DNA of 64,000 nt from a virus, in IMG/VR virus record IMGVR_UViG_3300005913_000002; one strand, 5' to 3'. The notes below the pieces were generated by a model. The model did not search any database. It saw nothing but the letters and a program-made list of their open reading frames with translations, and was not told where the DNA came from. How positions within the stretch are numbered: position 1 is the first letter of the stretch; each line of letters starts with the position of its first letter. A program made the position numbers and the translations under genes. Positions 1 to 10,408 of this stretch are shown one piece after another.

Positions 1-507
1 GTCAGAATCATAAACATTATAAGTGCTTACAATTTCTTTAGTTTCGCCAGAGATACTTACAGTTGTAGGGCCCGTCGGTAACCAATAGTATTTTTCAAAA
101 TTAACAAACTTATCCCAATTAATGTGCGGGTCGTAAGAGTATGTCTCAGGTGTTAATAATCTATTGTGGTTAGAAACATTGGCTCCTTCAAACTCTAATT
201 GATTCAACAAATCATCGTATGAAGTTGCTTTTTTAATTTTAAAAACATCATTAGTAACAACTAACGCAGGTTCTAATTGGTAATCTTGTTTTGATTTTAA
301 ATTAGAAGATATATAAAGATCTGCTAACGGATTATAAGTAGGAGTTATTTTACTACCTACCCAACCGTCAATGCGTTTAAGTGCTGGAGTTTGTATTAGT
401 TGATCAATAGTTCCAGATAAAAACTTATTGTTTTTTTCAGTTCTAAAAAGAACAGGCAACAAATTTATAGATTTTTTCAAACCTTTTTTGTTATTATTTT
501 GTGCCAT
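1..507 (-). CDS. Large baseplate wedge-type structural protein, N-terminal part (runs off the left edge)
   Basis: The ATG at 507-505 overlaps the TAA of the upstream gene (TAATG coupling). The frame reads MAQNNNKKGLKKSINLLPVLFRTEKNNKFLSGTIDQL...NWDKFVNFEKYYWLP and stays open to position 1. It lies directly after the gp6-like gene. Not in the ORF track because it is truncated. Confidence 0.7.
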   Translation of the reverse strand, partial: MAQNNNKKGLKKSINLLPVLFRTEKNNKFLSGTIDQLIQTPALKRIDGWVGSKITPTYNPLADLYISSNLKSKQDYQLEPALVVTNDVFKIKKATSYDDLLNQLEFEGANVSNHNRLLTPETYSYDPHINWDKFVNFEKYYWLPTGPTTVSISGETKEIVSTYNVYDSD

Positions 508-3500
508 TAATAAACTCCTGTGCTGTTAGTTAGTGCTGTTGTGGCGTTAATTTGAGTAGAAGTAATCGAATCAATAATTTCAATATCATCAATTGATGCT
601 CCGTTTACTAATATCTCATCTGATTGGCAAGTGATTTCATATAAACTACCGAATGGAACATTCGCCCTAGGTACAATAATAAAGTTTGTAATATCAGGAC
701 TCATTATGTTCATAACATATGTAGATAGTTCGCTAAAATTAAATGTCTGTCCAAACTCCCAATTTTCTAGAGCAAAAAATTGATCGATTACTAATAAAAT
801 TCTTGCTTTTAGATCGTTGTCTGTAGTAGGACGAGTGCTGTTTCTTACTGCTTTAAATGTTGCCTGTAAATTTCTAGTTGCTTTAGATCCAAACAATACT
901 TTATATTTTGCAGGTCTGTAAATAATTTGATCGCTTATAGATTTAATAGGTTCTAATGCAGCAGCATAGTTTTCTTCTAATGAAGAACTTGTAGGAGGTA
1001 ACGGTTCGTTACTGTTATCTTCTAACAACCAATTTCTGTATTTGATATCATAGTTAGCAGTTAATAAGTATACATCAATTATGTTAGACTTGCTTGGATC
1101 AATTCTTCTATTTTCACCGCTGTTATGCTTATAGTGAAATTTTAAATTTGATCGACCTTCTTTGGCAAAGTAAAGTGGTTCTAAAACAAACTCAGTACCA
1201 TTGTACGATTTGATTATATTTTCTGCAGGATTGTAAAAATAATAAAGATTGTCTACAGATTTTGCGTTAGACGGAACTGCTGCTTCAGTAGGATACGCAA
1301 GCACATTAGTACTATCAATTAATGAATATGTTTGATAATTGTCAGATCTTACAAAATAAACAAATTTATCTTTAAATGTAGTTTGTGTGCTAGTAGAAGC
1401 AGGAGCAACAATGTCTTCAAAACTATCAGGATTATCAATTTGATTATCATCTAATTCATCAAAGAAACTTACTTTAATTTTTTTAGGTTCAATATATCCA
1501 TCTGGTTCAATTACATTTTCTTCTACCTGCCATAAATGTCCTAATTTTAACGGAGTTCCGTCTAACGGATTATTATTAATTTTAAGAATTTCAACTTGAT
1601 CTTTTACTAAAGTATTTTTTGTAAAATCAAAATTTCTAGAAGTTTTATCAAAAAAGAACGCTGTTTCTTTTTTACTTTCAAATATATATTCAGTTGATCT
1701 ATATCGGACTGTATACCCAATACCGTTCCATACAAAGGCAAATAACCAACTAGAATCTAAGTTAGTATTAGTTGCATCTTTTTGGTAAGTTAATTTAAAA
1801 GGACTAGTAAGATCAAGATCAGTGTCGTTTATAATATACCAAGTACGAGTATCTTGTGCAAAGGAAAGACCAAAATTTCTTTTGGAATTACACAACCCTA
1901 CAATGTCTGCTTGTAAATTAAAACTTAATATAGTATCAAAAGAAGGTATAATTGCTTCTGCAATTGCACTAGATGGTACATGCTGAGTTAAAATTACAGG
2001 ACCAGTTCCGTTAGGCAATGCGCCTAGGCCGCCGTATGCACCGTCACCAATAACAGTTGCAACTTTAACCCATAAAATATCTTTAGTAGTATTGTCTTGA
2101 GTAGAAGTTAATTTTCCTGTAGGTAAAAAATACTGACCGGCAGGAGCAACAAATTTAATAAGACTACCTGCTGCTGCATATTGAAGATTATTTCCAGAAA
2201 ATATGCCAGTTTGTAAAGGAACATTATCTATAGATGATTTAAAATATCCAGTAGTTTGATTAGTACTTTTTGTCAGTTGTTGCCAAGATACTATAGGATC
2301 AGTTAATGCAGGGCGAGGCCAGTTTTCATAATAAAAATTCTTCATTGCTGCAGATTCCAGAGCAGGAATTAATTCAGTACTTAATGCAGAATATATTGCA
2401 TTGTTAGATGAAAATGTAAAATTAAAACTTTGAGTTACTGCATCTTTGTATATAATTCCGTCACTTCCAAAAATGTTAGTGCTGGAGTATTTTCCGCTTA
2501 CATCGCTCAATTCATAATACTTAGAAATTCCACTTGATATTCTGTTTATACTTTTAATTTTAATAATGTCAGAACTAGCAGTTAATGGAGCAATATTATA
2601 ATCTTCCGCAGTAATCATACGATTCTGTGTATAATATGATTGGGGGGCTTTTTGTTTAATACTTGCATTAGATTCACTTGCTTCACTATTTGAAACAGTG
2701 TATTGCAAACTTAATGTCATTGTTATAGTTTGAAGTTGTCCTGTTTTGTTAAAGTAAGGAACTTCAATTTGGACACCGTTAACTTGCTCTGGTTTAATGT
2801 AGTACTTTAATCCGTTACTTTGTCTATAAAATAAAGAGAACTGGCCTTTAGGTAAATTACCAAATGTGCCGTCTGCAAAATTTAAATCAATTTGATCGTT
2901 TTCTCTAGTAGTTACCGTATAGATATTTCTTTTGTCAATACTAGTACTGTTATAGATAATATTGTTACCTGTTAAAGAGTTAACTTTAGTCCATTCAGTG
3001 ACATAATTACCGTTAGCATCAAGTTGCCATAACCAAATATCGGCGTCATTGATATCGCTTGCATTAATTCCTACAATTTCATTAGGTACAGGATTATCTA
3101 AAGAAAAATTAGTAACATTTAAGGCACCTTGTCGGAAATGCACAAAAAATCCAGTATTAGGACTTGCACTTCCTTTGGCATCATTTTTAAAGATAAAGTT
3201 AAATGGACTGCCGGGAGCAGGCGTTGATTCGTTAATTACATTACTACTGCTGAATTCACAACTAGTAATTTCAAACGGCATGTTAACGCCGCCAATGACC
3301 TTTGTAAAAGAATATATAGGAACATCAGTGTTAGCGGAATTAATTTTGTATTGCTCTGTAGGTACACCGGCAATAGGTTTTTTATCGTAAGGTTTTCCAA
3401 AAACTACGCTTGCTGGCATTGCAGAATTTAATATAGATACGAATTGCTGATACCAATTTAAATTACTAGTGTCGTTCCAACCAATAATAGTATTTGCTAA

Positions 3501-3905
3501 GTTGCTACCGTTAGCATCAAACACATCGTCAGTAGTACTAATTGCAGTTAACTTTAATAAACCATTAGCAGGGTTATTTCTAGAAGCATTGTAATTAATT
3601 AACTGCGCAAGTCTTAGCACACTGTCTCTACGATCAGCAGTTTCTAAAAAGTTTTCACGAGCATTTAAATCAACACGAAAACTTAAATTTTGCCCTAAGT
3701 ATGCGATAAGATCAATAAGAGCAATATATTCGCTAGATTCAATATAATCATTAAAATCTTCAGGATATTTTTCTCTTAAGTACGCAATCATTGTTCTACG
3801 AACAGTTTCAAAGTCGTATGACTTAAAGTCCGCATTTTTATAAGATTGGTATACTTTTTTCCAATCTTCTGTTACTAATAATTTTGAGTTCGTTGCCGGT
3901 ATCAT
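507..3905 (-). CDS. gp6: Baseplate wedge subunit, T4 gp6-like (extended)
   Basis: N-terminal DFKSYDFETVR...FNDYIESSEYIALIDLIAY...ENFLETA.RRDSVLRLA and central FADGTFG...ESNASIKQKAP..Y.TQNRMITAEDY are gp6/baseplate-J type motifs. Adjacent to gp25. Confidence 0.85.
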   Translation of the reverse strand: MIPATNSKLLVTEDWKKVYQSYKNADFKSYDFETVRRTMIAYLREKYPEDFNDYIESSEYIALIDLIAYLGQNLSFRVDLNARENFLETADRRDSVLRLAQLINYNASRNNPANGLLKLTAISTTDDVFDANGSNLANTIIGWNDTSNLNWYQQFVSILNSAMPASVVFGKPYDKKPIAGVPTEQYKINSANTDVPIYSFTKVIGGVNMPFEITSCEFSSSNVINESTPAPGSPFNFIFKNDAKGSASPNTGFFVHFRQGALNVTNFSLDNPVPNEIVGINASDINDADIWLWQLDANGNYVTEWTKVNSLTGNNIIYNSTSIDKRNIYTVTTRENDQIDLNFADGTFGNLPKGQFSLFYRQSNGLKYYIKPEQVNGVQIEVPYFNKTGQLQTITMTLSLQYTVSNSEASESNASIKQKAPQSYYTQNRMITAEDYNIAPLTASSDIIKIKSINRISSGISKYYELSDVSGKYSSTNIFGSDGIIYKDAVTQSFNFTFSSNNAIYSALSTELIPALESAAMKNFYYENWPRPALTDPIVSWQQLTKSTNQTTGYFKSSIDNVPLQTGIFSGNNLQYAAAGSLIKFVAPAGQYFLPTGKLTSTQDNTTKDILWVKVATVIGDGAYGGLGALPNGTGPVILTQHVPSSAIAEAIIPSFDTILSFNLQADIVGLCNSKRNFGLSFAQDTRTWYIINDTDLDLTSPFKLTYQKDATNTNLDSSWLFAFVWNGIGYTVRYRSTEYIFESKKETAFFFDKTSRNFDFTKNTLVKDQVEILKINNNPLDGTPLKLGHLWQVEENVIEPDGYIEPKKIKVSFFDELDDNQIDNPDSFEDIVAPASTSTQTTFKDKFVYFVRSDNYQTYSLIDSTNVLAYPTEAAVPSNAKSVDNLYYFYNPAENIIKSYNGTEFVLEPLYFAKEGRSNLKFHYKHNSGENRRIDPSKSNIIDVYLLTANYDIKYRNWLLEDNSNEPLPPTSSSLEENYAAALEPIKSISDQIIYRPAKYKVLFGSKATRNLQATFKAVRNSTRPTTDNDLKARILLVIDQFFALENWEFGQTFNFSELSTYVMNIMSPDITNFIIVPRANVPFGSLYEITCQSDEILVNGASIDDIEIIDSITSTQINATTALTNSTGVY

Positions 3906-3929
3906 AGGTAAAACAATCCAGTTATGGTG

Positions 3930-3937
3930 TATTTATA
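3930..3937 (-). promoter_or_regulatory. T4-type late promoter (TATAAATA) for gp6
   Basis: Exact TATAAATA on the minus strand about 25 nt upstream of the gp6 start; a gp55 gene is present in the window. Confidence 0.75.
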
Positions 3938-3959
3938 GCAAAAATAAACTGGGTAGTTA

Positions 3960-4394
3960 TTACACTGCAAGGCCAGCATTTTTGTCAAATTTCAGGAGCA
4001 TATTCTCGCTAACATCCGATCCCGAGTATGTCAGTGTTAGTTCTATTAAGAATCCAAAGTCTTGTTCTACAATGTTAATAAATGTAGGAATTACTCTAGG
4101 ATCTGAATTGACTATTCTGTCAACATCCTCGGCAATAAACTGTCTAACAGTCGGAGTTAAAGGTTCAAAAATTAAATCCCATATGATAGAACCAAAGTTA
4201 GGATACATTAATCGTTCACCTTTGCGGGTGTTGAATTCGTTTAATATATCTTGTTTTATTAATTCAAAATCATATAGTTTGACATTGGTCGTAGACTCAT
4301 CTATCGTGCTAAATCCTTTATAAAACTGACTAATTTTAGTTTTAGATACGTTTTTAACGTTAGGAGGAGTAATAACCAAGTTCTTATATGCCAT
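3960..4394 (-). CDS. gp25: Baseplate wedge subunit gp25-like
   Basis: LIKQDILNEFNTRKGERLMYPNFGSIIWDLIFEP...DPRV is the GPW/gp25 signature. An AATAAATA late-promoter-like motif lies at 4409-4402. Confidence 0.9.
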   Translation of the reverse strand: MAYKNLVITPPNVKNVSKTKISQFYKGFSTIDESTTNVKLYDFELIKQDILNEFNTRKGERLMYPNFGSIIWDLIFEPLTPTVRQFIAEDVDRIVNSDPRVIPTFINIVEQDFGFLIELTLTYSGSDVSENMLLKFDKNAGLAV

Positions 4395-4412
4395 AGTTTA
4401 TTATTTATTTTA

Positions 4413-6671
4413 TTAATTTTTGGGCGGATAGTAGCCAGTTCTAATAGGATTACCGTTGCTATCAAGTACAGGATTGCCGTTACCATCAGTCCATACTTGA
4501 GCATCTTCTGGAATTTTTAACATCTGTGTTCTAATATAAGTTAGTTGATTTCTAACTTTGGCAGCAGCTTCTGCTTTAGTAATGTTTCCATCATTATTAG
4601 CATCTAGTCCTTTATTTTGTCTGTAAGCAGTAGAAGGACTACTGAATAACACATAGTCTAAAGGTTTACCAACTGCTCGTGGCCATAAAATCTGCATATA
4701 TAGATCTTCAAGCGTAGGAGCAGCAATTTTACGCACAGGACCTGCTTTAAAATATTTTAATACCCAGTCCATTTGTTCTACTCGTGTCATTACTGCCAAT
4801 GCATCAGTGGTAGTGCCAAGACCCCTGGCAGTAGAAGGAATAAACTGAATTAGTCCAGTTGCTCCTATACTATTTCTTATAGACGGACTTAATGTTCTAC
4901 CTGTTTCGAACGCCATACAGGCTAATAAATCTATAAATGAACAATTTAATTCTTTAGCAACTTCAATAGCTTTTTTAACAAATGCATGATCGTCTGCCCA
5001 ATTTTTAGGCATGTCTGCCCTATTGTAATTTGTAGGAGGATTTTCTTTAGTTGCAGGACTAGATGATGCTGCACTATAACTAGATTGTGCTTGTGATTTA
5101 GTAGGAACATCAGTAGTGCTATCGGTATTGACAGAATTAAATTGACTTTGATTAATCGATTCGTGATGGTCCCACGGCTCATGTGTCGGGACTCGTTTCA
5201 TAATAGACGAAATATCATCTGCTTTATAGAACTTGCCGTCATCCCATCCTTCATCTTTACTTCTGTTAGGAAGATTATATTTTGGTAATGCTGTTGGAAT
5301 TTCAGCAATTGAAGATACTGTTGATTTAGTTGCTTCTGCGGCTATCTGATCACTACTGTTCATGTGAATTACAGCAGCAGTTTCTGTGTAAGTACTTCCA
5401 GATTTAACATTAAAAATACCAGTCGATTGTTGGAACATTTGGTCGCCGGCTTTAACATTAATATTTGAAGACGATTGCTGGAACATATCTGATGCTGAAT
5501 ATAGATGCATCTTATTTCCGGCAGTTTGAAGTATTGAACCGTTTGCGCCCACATTGAGATCTTTACCCACAGAAACAGTATTATTTTTTACAATAGTTTC
5601 ATCAAGATTGCCTGAAAAGTTTATTTTACCGTTGTTATCTACAATGAGTGTATAATTGCCGCCTACATCTGCTTGAAAATTTTCACCTACTGAAATATTA
5701 AGATTTCTGCCTGCTTCAATATTAATATCTCTATCTGCTTTAAAATTAAAATCTGCTTCTGTATGCACACTGACGGAATCTTTTGCATATATATCAATTT
5801 TTCCTTGTCCAGTTAATTCAATCCATGCTGAACCAGATGCATTAGCAATATAAATTAAATCATGAGTATTATGCATTAATATCTGATGGCCTGTCCGAGT
5901 TCGAATTCTCACAAGTTCATTTTGGCCATCAGCATCTCCATCATCCATAACAAATGTACTACCACCCAATCTGCTAACTGGTTGAGGAGAACTAGATTGG
6001 TAACCTACAGAACCTTTTTTACCGTTAGGATCTAATGGGCCTGGCGTCGAAATGCCAAACACTTGACTAGGAACTTCTCGCCTTGCACTACTAGAAGTAA
6101 CTCCTCTCACTGAATCAGTAAGAAGGCCTTGTGCTAACAGTCTATCGGCAAAAGGATGAATAGGTTTTGTAAATGTATCAGGCTTTCCTATTGAAGTACT
6201 TCTAGTTCCTTTTAAAAATTCTGCAACTGGAAGATTTCTAGTGCCGTACTTTCTTTCTTGCGCCGCTGTAATTGCAACATTTTTACTAGCAGCAATTCCC
6301 GGAACCATATGATTTTGAAATCTATCGGCTACACACCCAAACCAATAGCCTTGATTAGGATCACCTTCAATAAAAATACACATAACAGTAGAACCAATAT
6401 CCGGAGGAACTGCCCAGAATCCATAACTTTTTTGTACGTCTTGCCAATTAGAAGAATCATTACCTTCAAATCTAATTGATGTAGATCCATGGAACGGACT
6501 TAGATATTGAACAATAAAAGTTTCGCTTTGAACATTTAGTTCACCTGTTGTAGGTTTAACTAGAACAACTTCTAATCCGCCCATATAGGTAGGGTCTTGG
6601 TGACTAGTTACAATACCAAGCCACGGTCCGGGACTAGGTAATTTTGAATGAGAACGGGAAGTTATTGGCAT
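4413..6671 (-). CDS. gp5: Baseplate hub/central spike gp5-like (OB fold, beta-helix repeats) with C-terminal lytic transglycosylase-like domain
   Basis: N-terminal DPTYMGGLEV...SYGFWAVPPDIGSTV OB fold, RIRTRTGHQI and VGGN-type beta repeats. C-terminal MAFETG...GATGLIQF..STA matches the SLT/lysozyme-like catalytic Glu and GLxQ motifs. Confidence 0.8.
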   Translation of the reverse strand: MPITSRSHSKLPSPGPWLGIVTSHQDPTYMGGLEVVLVKPTTGELNVQSETFIVQYLSPFHGSTSIRFEGNDSSNWQDVQKSYGFWAVPPDIGSTVMCIFIEGDPNQGYWFGCVADRFQNHMVPGIAASKNVAITAAQERKYGTRNLPVAEFLKGTRSTSIGKPDTFTKPIHPFADRLLAQGLLTDSVRGVTSSSARREVPSQVFGISTPGPLDPNGKKGSVGYQSSSPQPVSRLGGSTFVMDDGDADGQNELVRIRTRTGHQILMHNTHDLIYIANASGSAWIELTGQGKIDIYAKDSVSVHTEADFNFKADRDINIEAGRNLNISVGENFQADVGGNYTLIVDNNGKINFSGNLDETIVKNNTVSVGKDLNVGANGSILQTAGNKMHLYSASDMFQQSSSNINVKAGDQMFQQSTGIFNVKSGSTYTETAAVIHMNSSDQIAAEATKSTVSSIAEIPTALPKYNLPNRSKDEGWDDGKFYKADDISSIMKRVPTHEPWDHHESINQSQFNSVNTDSTTDVPTKSQAQSSYSAASSSPATKENPPTNYNRADMPKNWADDHAFVKKAIEVAKELNCSFIDLLACMAFETGRTLSPSIRNSIGATGLIQFIPSTARGLGTTTDALAVMTRVEQMDWVLKYFKAGPVRKIAAPTLEDLYMQILWPRAVGKPLDYVLFSSPSTAYRQNKGLDANNDGNITKAEAAAKVRNQLTYIRTQMLKIPEDAQVWTDGNGNPVLDSNGNPIRTGYYPPKN

Positions 6672-6672
6672 A

Positions 6673-9600
6673 TTATGTTATTGCGTTACCTTGATTATCT
6701 ACAACAGATGGTAATCCTAACCTTGCTCTTACAATAGGATCAGTGCCTGTGTAAGGAGGTGCATTAGGATCGTTTAAACTGTTAACTGCGGTATTCATGA
6801 GTTTATTTAAAGGCGAACCGACACTGCTGGATAAACTTCCAAATTGTGCAACTGCACTTTTGCCCATGTCTGATAAAGATAAGTTCGTTCCAGGATTACC
6901 TAATGCAGATTGTATATTTCCTGCAAGTCCCTCTATTGAGCCGCCTATGTTAGGCAACTTACTACCAATAGATAACAATGATGTTTTCATTCCTGCAACT
7001 ATATCAGTTACATTCGGTATTCCGGGGTTAAGTTGTTCTAGTTGTTTAGATATTGTATCAAATTTTCCAGAAGCAATATCTGCACCAGAGATACCTAAGG
7101 CGGCCAATGCAGATGCATTTCCGGCGGCGGCTTGGGGATTGTTACTAATTGCAATTGCCTGTGCTTCAGGTGAAAGTACTTTTAAATTAACGCCAAACAT
7201 ACTGGCATTACGCAGTGCTTGATCTACAGGGATACCTTTGGTTTTTGCATCAGCAATAACTGCGGTACGCTGTTCAGCAGACAGGGTAGATGCTACGCTT
7301 CTATTAGGCAATGCTGCAAGAGGAGCGTGAAGAAAAGGAGGAATTGATGGTAAGTTTTTAAAAGAGTCTACTCCCAAACTTCCCATAATAATACCTTGAT
7401 CTTTAGCCTTGTTAAGATCAGTATTTTTAGGTATTTCTTCTGCGGCTTGTTTTATTTGGTCTACTAACTTACTATCAACACCAGTAAGTTTAGATAACGC
7501 AGATGTATCGAGACCTAATTTAGCAGCGATCGAGCCGCCATTGGATTGAAATCCAAGAAGATTAACTCCAAACATACTGGCATTTCGTAATGCTTGATCT
7601 GCCGGAATTCCTTTTGTTTTTGCATCTGCAAGTACAGCATTCTTTTGAGCAGCAGTTAGACTGCCGCCACTGCCGCTTAGTCCCGGGATTGTAGGTGCAG
7701 TAATATTTCCTATTTTATCTTTAATACCACTCAGTGCGCCAGCAGGATCAAGAAATGCTGCACCAGTTAGAATTGGATTTCCAGAGCCATCTATAATAGA
7801 AGATCCATTTGCAGTTTTTAAAAATTCTTGTCCAGAAATACTAACTCCTGCAGCCAAGTTTGCAGCACCGGTTTTGATTGCTCCGGCGGTTTCTGAAAGA
7901 GATTTAGTTACATCAGTATTCAATAAAGAAGATGCATTGCTAGGGAGTAAGGAACTTGCAACCGAAGTTGCTTGATTTAACAATGATGCTGCACCTGTGC
8001 CTGCAAGTACTAATCCTGCTATTGACCCTACATCTAATTTCAGGCCGCCTTTAAGCAAATCGGAGCCGGCTAACACCGCACTTACACCAAATGCTGCCTT
8101 TGCTATTTGATTTAGTTTAGAAGATTCAGGTCCAGTAATTCCTGCAGGACTAGGAACTCCTCTACTGATCATTTTGTCAAGTTCAATGTTGTTTTCTTTG
8201 ACACCTTGTTGTGGTACTTCAGCAGGAGCACTGTCTTTTCTTGATTGCTCGCCAGGTTTTGATTCTATGTCATACTTAATAGGTAGCGGTTTCTTGCCTA
8301 TTTCATCATCAACTTGACCTGGAAATCTTATCAAGTTAAGTCGTTGTTTAAATATACCATTAGTAAACATGTGTTTAACTTTGATGACTTGATAAACTCC
8401 GCTGAACGGAACTAATTCAGAAAATTTATATTGTCCAGTAACGCTGTCAATATCTACTGGATTTCTAAAATTGATTCTACACAATACTGGTCCAAATTGA
8501 GGGGTTGCTTCTCCGTCAACTGTAAGACCTAGTTGTTTAAATCTTGCAAAATAATTTCCAATTCCCGACGTTGAAAGATAATACGGATCGCCTACTAGAT
8601 CTATTTCAGCCGTTAATAAATTAACACTTTCTAAAATTGCTTGGTGTGCATTATATGCCAATTGAAAGTACGGATCTGTTTTCGGAGCGCCTGCTCTTCC
8701 TTTGAAACTGCTAGAGTCTCCGTTAGCAACAAGTCCCGCTGTATCAAATTTAGATTCAGGAGCATCTTTTGAAAGACCGTTCGGTTGCTTAACTTGTACA
8801 TTATCAGAAGAGGCGGCGGCATCTTGCTTTTCCAATTTATCAGTATTGGCCATTTTAGGATTTGATGCTTGAAAGAATAAATGATTAAAATTTAATTTAA
8901 AATTAAGAACATCTATATTATTGCCAGTGTATATATAATTGTAAGTTCTTTTAACAAACGGTAATAATTCTTTTGCAGGAAATTTTTTAGACTGATAACC
9001 TGGCAATTTAGTATAATGAACCTTGTAAGGAACTACTAAGAATTGATATATGTGTTTGTGAATGTTCGTAGTAGTGTCGATTCCTAAAGGTAGTGTATTG
9101 ATTATTATTTGAAAATAATCAATCATGCCGTGTGCATCTTTTGCAGCATTTACGTCAGCCAATATTTCTTTTAAATAATGGCTATCACGAATAACCGCAG
9201 TAATAATATCAGTTATGTGACTGTCTTTTGCAAATTGAATTCTGCTTACTTGCGGATTTAATCTAAATTGTTCTGATTGAGTAGTTCCTCTGCCGCCTGT
9301 TACTGTAGAAACTTTTTCAGGAAATTTATATAAAGAATTTTCTCTTAAATTATTGTTGATAGATTTACCTGCTATCAAATTACCGTCACTGTTTTTTACA
9401 ATTTTGATATCTTTTCCGAGTTCAGGCATATTAGGAAAATAAATTTCATAAATGTCTCTTATAGTTTTAGTATTATCAGAATTTTTTTCTTTCTTTTCAC
9501 GTTCTTCTAAATGTTTGTTAACAATCGAAAATAAATTGTCTAAAACTTGTTTTACTGTATTACCTGTAAAAGATATGTCGGTATAAATTTCATTAGGATT

Positions 9601-10407
9601 GCCGTAACCGGCTTCGTTAAAAGGAATGGCTTTGCAATTGTATGTTGTTCCCTGCTCAGTTACATTCATTTCCGCACCAGTAAACTTAATAGGTATATAC
9701 TTAGTAGCATTTATTAGTTTTGGAGTAGGTAAATCAACATTGTCAGGATAACCAATAAATTCAATTTTTAATAAAAACGAAGCATTGAGATATCCTGTCC
9801 ATCCTGCGGCTAATGCCGTAGTATGTAGTGCTTCTATAAATCCATTTACACTAAATTGTTCAAATACATCAAATCTTACAGAAGTAGATAACGATGTGCC
9901 TGATTGTTCGGTAGGTGCAACTATAGAATCTATTTCTAAATTGTCAATAAAGAATTCGAATCGCCCTTGACTTTCTTTGTTAAATCCTTTAACAATATCA
10001 ACACCGCTTACATCATCTTCTCCAGGTATAATTTTTTTAATTTCAGTTGCCTCGTTGCCGCCGTTATCAAATATTAGTTCTGTTACTTCTTTTGTAGTTT
10101 TTATAGGAACTATATTAGAAGATATTGCATTAGGGCCTTTACCTTTAGTCGAAATAATAATATATTTTAATGTACTGTCTCTATAACTTTTAGGGTCTCG
10201 AATATTATTTGGTGTTAGCGCAGCCAATGTAAAATGATAGTTAACTGACCGGTAGTTGTTTAAAATATTAGGTTCTGAATTATTTGCTGTAGGATTATCA
10301 GAGAGTGCATTACTTGACGATTTATTAAGTAGTGCAGCAATGGCTTCACCTCCGTCGCCAGTCAAGTCTTGCTTACGCTCTGTAATGCCTGTTTGTTGTT
10401 TTGTCAT
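6673..10407 (-). CDS. Baseplate hub protein (gp27/Mu gp44-like N-terminal ~700 aa) with long Ala/Gly/Ser-rich C-terminal extension
   Basis: Sits between the gp53-like and gp5 genes. AEIDLVGDPYYL...FSGVYQVIKVKHMF.NG.FKQRL is the typical end of a hub/late-control-D-like fold. Confidence 0.6.
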   Translation of the reverse strand: MTKQQTGITERKQDLTGDGGEAIAALLNKSSSNALSDNPTANNSEPNILNNYRSVNYHFTLAALTPNNIRDPKSYRDSTLKYIIISTKGKGPNAISSNIVPIKTTKEVTELIFDNGGNEATEIKKIIPGEDDVSGVDIVKGFNKESQGRFEFFIDNLEIDSIVAPTEQSGTSLSTSVRFDVFEQFSVNGFIEALHTTALAAGWTGYLNASFLLKIEFIGYPDNVDLPTPKLINATKYIPIKFTGAEMNVTEQGTTYNCKAIPFNEAGYGNPNEIYTDISFTGNTVKQVLDNLFSIVNKHLEEREKKEKNSDNTKTIRDIYEIYFPNMPELGKDIKIVKNSDGNLIAGKSINNNLRENSLYKFPEKVSTVTGGRGTTQSEQFRLNPQVSRIQFAKDSHITDIITAVIRDSHYLKEILADVNAAKDAHGMIDYFQIIINTLPLGIDTTTNIHKHIYQFLVVPYKVHYTKLPGYQSKKFPAKELLPFVKRTYNYIYTGNNIDVLNFKLNFNHLFFQASNPKMANTDKLEKQDAAASSDNVQVKQPNGLSKDAPESKFDTAGLVANGDSSSFKGRAGAPKTDPYFQLAYNAHQAILESVNLLTAEIDLVGDPYYLSTSGIGNYFARFKQLGLTVDGEATPQFGPVLCRINFRNPVDIDSVTGQYKFSELVPFSGVYQVIKVKHMFTNGIFKQRLNLIRFPGQVDDEIGKKPLPIKYDIESKPGEQSRKDSAPAEVPQQGVKENNIELDKMISRGVPSPAGITGPESSKLNQIAKAAFGVSAVLAGSDLLKGGLKLDVGSIAGLVLAGTGAASLLNQATSVASSLLPSNASSLLNTDVTKSLSETAGAIKTGAANLAAGVSISGQEFLKTANGSSIIDGSGNPILTGAAFLDPAGALSGIKDKIGNITAPTIPGLSGSGGSLTAAQKNAVLADAKTKGIPADQALRNASMFGVNLLGFQSNGGSIAAKLGLDTSALSKLTGVDSKLVDQIKQAAEEIPKNTDLNKAKDQGIIMGSLGVDSFKNLPSIPPFLHAPLAALPNRSVASTLSAEQRTAVIADAKTKGIPVDQALRNASMFGVNLKVLSPEAQAIAISNNPQAAAGNASALAALGISGADIASGKFDTISKQLEQLNPGIPNVTDIVAGMKTSLLSIGSKLPNIGGSIEGLAGNIQSALGNPGTNLSLSDMGKSAVAQFGSLSSSVGSPLNKLMNTAVNSLNDPNAPPYTGTDPIVRARLGLPSVVDNQGNAIT

Positions 10408-10408
10408 A

